Position numbers and translations under genes: made by a program. Shown here piece by piece: positions 59,852 to 64,000 of a stretch of DNA of 64,000 nucleotides (the stretch's first letter is position 1; each line of letters starts with the position of its first letter). This DNA comes from Oceanispirochaeta sp. (GTDB lineage: Bacteria > Spirochaetota > Spirochaetia > DSM-2461): NCBI GenBank assembly GCA_963666275.2, contig CAXXOA010000002.1, positions 1-64,000 of the forward strand. The letters run 5' to 3'. A model generated the notes under the pieces. It ran no database searches and had not been told where the DNA came from. It saw only the letters and a list, made by a program, of their open reading frames with translations.

Positions 59852-60928
59852 ATGGAATCCAATACCAAAACCAAATCAAAACTGTCGAATTCCAATCTTC
59901 TGTTTATCATTGCCTCAGGAATTTTTGTCCTGATGTATCTGGCAGCGATCATAAGCTTTCCGGGCAGTTTCCTGCAGTTTCAGACTTTTTTTGATCTGTT
60001 CAGCCTGAATGCGCCCCTCATCATCATGACCCTGGGTTTATGTATCGTTATGATCGGAGGAGGCATAGACATTTCCATCGGTTCGGTATGCGGACTGGTG
60101 ACCATGGCCAGTGCGGTATATCTTGAATCGGGAATGGGCAATATAGGGGGGGCGATTCTTCTCTCTGTCGGGATCGGCATTGCCTTTGGTGTTCTGCAGG
60201 GATATCTCATAGCCTATCTTGAGATACAGCCCTTCATCATCACCCTATCGGGGCTGTTCCTGGGAAAAGGACTCCTCACGACCCTCCACAAAGATCCTAT
60301 CAATGTCACTATGGCGCAGTTCATCTCCCTGCGGGATTTCAATTTTGTGGTTCCCTGGCTGGGCCGGGTTAACAGACTGGGGATTTTCATCCCTCTGAAG
60401 ATCAAACCCGGCTTTATCCTTGTGGTTGTCCTGGTGGCCTTTTTTGCTGCGTTTATGAAATGGTCCCGATTCGGACGCAACGTCTATGCAGTGGGAGGGA
60501 ATGAATACAGCGCCAGGATGCTGGGTATCAATGTTAAAAGGACCAAATTTTTTACCTATGTGATTTGCGGACTCACCGCGGGCATATCCGGTTTTGTGTT
60601 CATCATGACCACGGGAGCCGGGAATATCGGAAACGCAGTGGGCTTTGAAATGAAAGCCATAGCCTCGGCGATCATCGGCGGTACCCTGCTCAACGGCGGC
60701 GTCGGGAACCTGATTGGAGCGCCCATTGGCACATTGACCCTGCTGATCATAAATGAACTGATCCGGGCCGGCGGAGTCCAGTCGAACTATCAGGCGATCA
60801 TCAGCGGGCTGTTGCTCTATCTTTTCATTGTCCTTCAGAGTGTGGTCATGGCCATGCGGGATAAAGGGCAAATCAAAATGGCCCTCCCCCCCTGGCTCAC
60901 AGGCAGCAGAAAAGCTGTGGACCAGTGA
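59852..60928 (+). CDS. Sugar ABC permease (YjfF-like)
   Basis: GGIDISIGS, FGRNVYAVGGNE, IASAIIGGTLL. Confidence 0.9.
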   Translation: MESNTKTKSKLSNSNLLFIIASGIFVLMYLAAIISFPGSFLQFQTFFDLFSLNAPLIIMTLGLCIVMIGGGIDISIGSVCGLVTMASAVYLESGMGNIGGAILLSVGIGIAFGVLQGYLIAYLEIQPFIITLSGLFLGKGLLTTLHKDPINVTMAQFISLRDFNFVVPWLGRVNRLGIFIPLKIKPGFILVVVLVAFFAAFMKWSRFGRNVYAVGGNEYSARMLGINVKRTKFFTYVICGLTAGISGFVFIMTTGAGNIGNAVGFEMKAIASAIIGGTLLNGGVGNLIGAPIGTLTLLIINELIRAGGVQSNYQAIISGLLLYLFIVLQSVVMAMRDKGQIKMALPPWLTGSRKAVDQ

Positions 60929-60932
60929 AAAA

Positions 60933-62528
60933 TCAGTCCGAAGTCCGGTTCGACGATCTGAACCGGCTTGGCGACACTCCGGCATTCTTTCGGAAGATAT
61001 AACTGAAATAATGGGGATCGCTGTAACCGACTTCGAAGGCGATGTCAGAACACTTCATCTGATTGTTTATGAGGAGCTGCTTGGCTTTGCCTATACGGAC
61101 TGAAGTCAGATACTCTATGAACGTCTCTCCCGCCTCCTGTGAAAATATCGTACTGAAATGGTTCGGGCTGACATTGACATGGGAGGCAACGTCGTAGAGC
61201 GACAGATCCTGCCTTGCAAATTCCATATCGATAAATCTCTTTGCTTCCAGGATCCTCAAATGGTGCTTCGTATGAATCTGGGAATCCCTGTAGGCGATCC
61301 ATTTTTCAATCATCCTGAACGCTCTTTCTGAAAACGTCTCATCCGTAAAAGACACTTCGGCAATATGGTTCCGGTCGTAGGATTCGGGAACCACATCCCG
61401 GGGATTTCCCTGAAGATCTTCAATCAGCAAACACACCGAATCTATGATGTCGCAGTAGGCAATGGCAAAATAGCTTGAATTGATCGAGCCTCTCGATTTT
61501 TCACCGGCAATATCCATATACTGGGCTATGATCTCCGGGATATCCTCCAGGGAAGCGAAGCGGATCCTTTCGGTCAGATGATCTCTCTCCGAGGGAAGAG
61601 GTCCATCGGTTCTGCTCCACTTCATGTCGCCCGCGCTGATGATGTTCTTTTTCCCCGTAAGCCTCATATAACGGATCGCTTTATCCGCATCCGTATAGGA
61701 GTGGATGATTTCTCCAATGTGTTCCACTATCGAACCGATTCCGATAGCCAGTTGGCATTGGCTGTTCCTTTCGGTCTCGAATTTAATCCCCTGTGCCAGG
61801 GTATAAATGATGTCATCCTTCGTCTCTTCTGAAACATTTTTGGCCAGGATTATAAGCTTTTCCATGCTCTGGGGAAACAGAAGAAAATCCTGACGGTTCT
61901 GCAGCATAGCCTCGATAATCTCCCTGACCAGAGCAAACTGGGAGTAATCCCCGGAAACTGTGAATATTTCGACAGCCATGATCACATAGCCGTTGGCGAT
62001 CAGATCGATGTCGGCTTTCCGGGCCATTTCTATGGCATCGACAGTATCGATCTGTCCTGTGATGAGGTCGCATAACCATTTCTCCCGGAGGATATCCTCG
62101 GAGGTCTGGATCCTCTGTTTCAGGTTTTCGATACTGGCCAGCCGAAGCTTTTCTTTTTCGATCTCCCTTGTCACCTTCTCCAGGGATGAGATCATATCCT
62201 GCACGGACACAGGCTTGAGAAGATACTCATCGACGCCGATGGAAATTGCCTGTTTGGCATACTCGAACTCATCATGCCCGGACAGTATGATGATCTTGAT
62301 CCATGGCTGATCCCTCTTGATGATGCGTGCCAGAGCGAGGCCGTCCATAAAAGGCATTTTTATATCCGTAATAAGAATGTCGGGCTTGATCTCCCGAAGC
62401 GCGGGCAGGGCTATTTCACCGTCCGGAGCCTCTCCCGCAAGGGTAAAGGGTGTGGTCTTCCAGGGGATGCTGTTCCTGATACCTTCCCTGGTCACAATTT
62501 CATCCTCTACTAAAAAAACGCTATACAT
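60933..62528 (-). CDS. Response regulator, REC-AraC type (YesN-like)
   Basis: TDIKMPFMDGL, SGHDEFEYA, C-terminal AraC HTH. Confidence 0.93.
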   Translation of the reverse strand: MYSVFLVEDEIVTREGIRNSIPWKTTPFTLAGEAPDGEIALPALREIKPDILITDIKMPFMDGLALARIIKRDQPWIKIIILSGHDEFEYAKQAISIGVDEYLLKPVSVQDMISSLEKVTREIEKEKLRLASIENLKQRIQTSEDILREKWLCDLITGQIDTVDAIEMARKADIDLIANGYVIMAVEIFTVSGDYSQFALVREIIEAMLQNRQDFLLFPQSMEKLIILAKNVSEETKDDIIYTLAQGIKFETERNSQCQLAIGIGSIVEHIGEIIHSYTDADKAIRYMRLTGKKNIISAGDMKWSRTDGPLPSERDHLTERIRFASLEDIPEIIAQYMDIAGEKSRGSINSSYFAIAYCDIIDSVCLLIEDLQGNPRDVVPESYDRNHIAEVSFTDETFSERAFRMIEKWIAYRDSQIHTKHHLRILEAKRFIDMEFARQDLSLYDVASHVNVSPNHFSTIFSQEAGETFIEYLTSVRIGKAKQLLINNQMKCSDIAFEVGYSDPHYFSYIFRKNAGVSPSRFRSSNRTSD

Positions 62529-63993
62529 TTATTTTCTCCGGAAGTCCGATAGAGACTGATGTCCCTTCAGAATAGACACTTGAGATTTCAAGACTTGCTT
62601 TGCCGTTATAGTATAAATCGAGCCGCTTGCTGACATTGTAAAGGCCATAAACATCATTGATTGCGGAGGCATCGTTACTGCCGGCTATCTGTGTTTTGAT
62701 GTCTTCCAGACGCTCGGCAGTCATGCCGATGCCGTCATCTTCCACGGTAAACCAGAGGTATCCCTCTTCTTTCCATCCGCGGATAGAGAGCTGCCCCCGC
62801 CCCCGTTTGTTTTTAATCCCATGGTACAGAGCATTCTCGACCAGAGGCTGAAGAAGCAGTTTCAGCATCTGTATATCATCCATAATGTCATCGCAGCTGA
62901 TAGAAAACTCGAGGATATCCCGGTACCTGACTTTCTGGATGGAAAGATAATTCCTTATGTGCTTCAATTCATCCTGTACCGTGGTCCACTCCTTTCCCCG
63001 GTTTAGAGAAGTCCGGAAAAAACTGGAAAAGTTCCTGGTTACCGATATGACCTGGTCGTACTGCTTTCCTTCGGCCAGCCAGATGATCGAATCCAGTGTG
63101 TTGTACAGGAAGTGGGGGGTAATCTGAGCCTGAAGGGCCTTCATCTCTGATTTCTGAAGGTTTTTCTGCTCCTGGATGTTGGTATCAATGAGTTCCTTGA
63201 TTTTTTCAGCCATGATATTCAGATTCAAAGTCAGATTGTCCAGTTCTTTTACATTCGGAATATTCGCCCGGGCGGACAGATTCCCGGCGGCTATCTGACT
63301 GGACAGGTATTCCAGGTCCCGGATCGGTTTATTGATATTGCCGGTTACCGACCGCTGCGCCAGAATAGAAAAGAGCATTACGAAAACAACGATGATAATC
63401 TGAATGACCGACAGAATGACAGCGATTTGTTTGATCTGCTCGTTGGTGACAGCGGCCGATTCAATTTCAAGCACGATGAAATCCTGCAGGATTTCCAGGA
63501 CGAGACCGGAGACCCCCCTGATTTCATCCAGTATTTTCATGTTCTCGGTAACGGGATAGTCATTTTCCATCTGCATTCCGAGCATATCCACATATTTCGT
63601 CAGGGTATCCATGGCTCTTCCCGCGACTTCGAGCAACTGCCGGCTTTCGATCAGTTGGGTATTCTGAAAAATTTCATCGAGATTTGCGTTAATGTCACTG
63701 ATGATGTCGTACTGAGACCCTTCCTGGAATTCCTTGTTCCCGGCCACAATATCCCATATCTCATTGGATATATCTGTCTTTACCTTCTGGTTCAGTCTGT
63801 TTGTCCGGCTCACATTTGTGATGATCCTGTCATAGCGCAGGGTCTGAAACCAGGAAGAGGCAAGACTGATGATTGGAGGAATGACCATGAGAATGATGAT
63901 GATCACATAGGAGGTCTGAATGATTTTGCGAATACTTGAAGTTCTGAAGGATTTCTGGAACAGGACGTCCGGGAGAGCGAATAGCCTCTTCAC
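62521..63993 (-). CDS. Sensor histidine kinase (YesM-like)
   Basis: Two TM segments, HAMP, LQAQITPHFLYNTL, QPLVENALYHG. Confidence 0.93.
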   Translation of the reverse strand: MKRLFALPDVLFQKSFRTSSIRKIIQTSYVIIIILMVIPPIISLASSWFQTLRYDRIITNVSRTNRLNQKVKTDISNEIWDIVAGNKEFQEGSQYDIISDINANLDEIFQNTQLIESRQLLEVAGRAMDTLTKYVDMLGMQMENDYPVTENMKILDEIRGVSGLVLEILQDFIVLEIESAAVTNEQIKQIAVILSVIQIIIVVFVMLFSILAQRSVTGNINKPIRDLEYLSSQIAAGNLSARANIPNVKELDNLTLNLNIMAEKIKELIDTNIQEQKNLQKSEMKALQAQITPHFLYNTLDSIIWLAEGKQYDQVISVTRNFSSFFRTSLNRGKEWTTVQDELKHIRNYLSIQKVRYRDILEFSISCDDIMDDIQMLKLLLQPLVENALYHGIKNKRGRGQLSIRGWKEEGYLWFTVEDDGIGMTAERLEDIKTQIAGSNDASAINDVYGLYNVSKRLDLYYNGKASLEISSVYSEGTSVSIGLPEKINV

Positions 63994-64000
63994 GTCAGTA

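Noticed and set aside
1..64000. tRNA or rRNA genes
   Set aside because: None recognised by eye; a covariance search was not possible.

Overview
Bacterial chromosome segment, probably a spirochaete (inferred from the gene set and lipoprotein types only). Two parts. (1) Positions 1 to ~16.9 kb are an accessory island built around a tandemly repeated element with a 9,163-bp period. The unit holds an XRE repressor, two small ORFs, an orphan ParA, a CHC2/TOPRIM primase-ATPase and two tandem tyrosine recombinases. These are followed directly by an N-terminally truncated Rhs core/toxin tip, a putative immunity gene and a BrnT/BrnA pair. The island also holds three 59-bp attC-like palindromes, three copies of a longer hairpin repeat and a complete IS21-family element with a 6-bp target duplication. 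It further holds a DUF3800 gene with a convergent, promoter-bearing structured RNA candidate and two more TA loci. (2) Positions ~17 to 64 kb are mostly housekeeping and transport genes: trpB, a radical SAM enzyme, an LpoB cluster, hom, a glucan phosphorylase, trxA, an MCP, lysA, two YtfQRT/YjfF-like sugar ABC systems, an amino-acid ABC system, a flavinylated flavocytochrome c-like reductase and a YesMN-like pair. This part includes a soluble histidine kinase fused to a sugar-ABC ATPase domain. It lies with an NtrC-type regulator, divergent from a sugar ABC operon that has a sigma54-type promoter. All calls come from reading motifs by eye; no searches were run.
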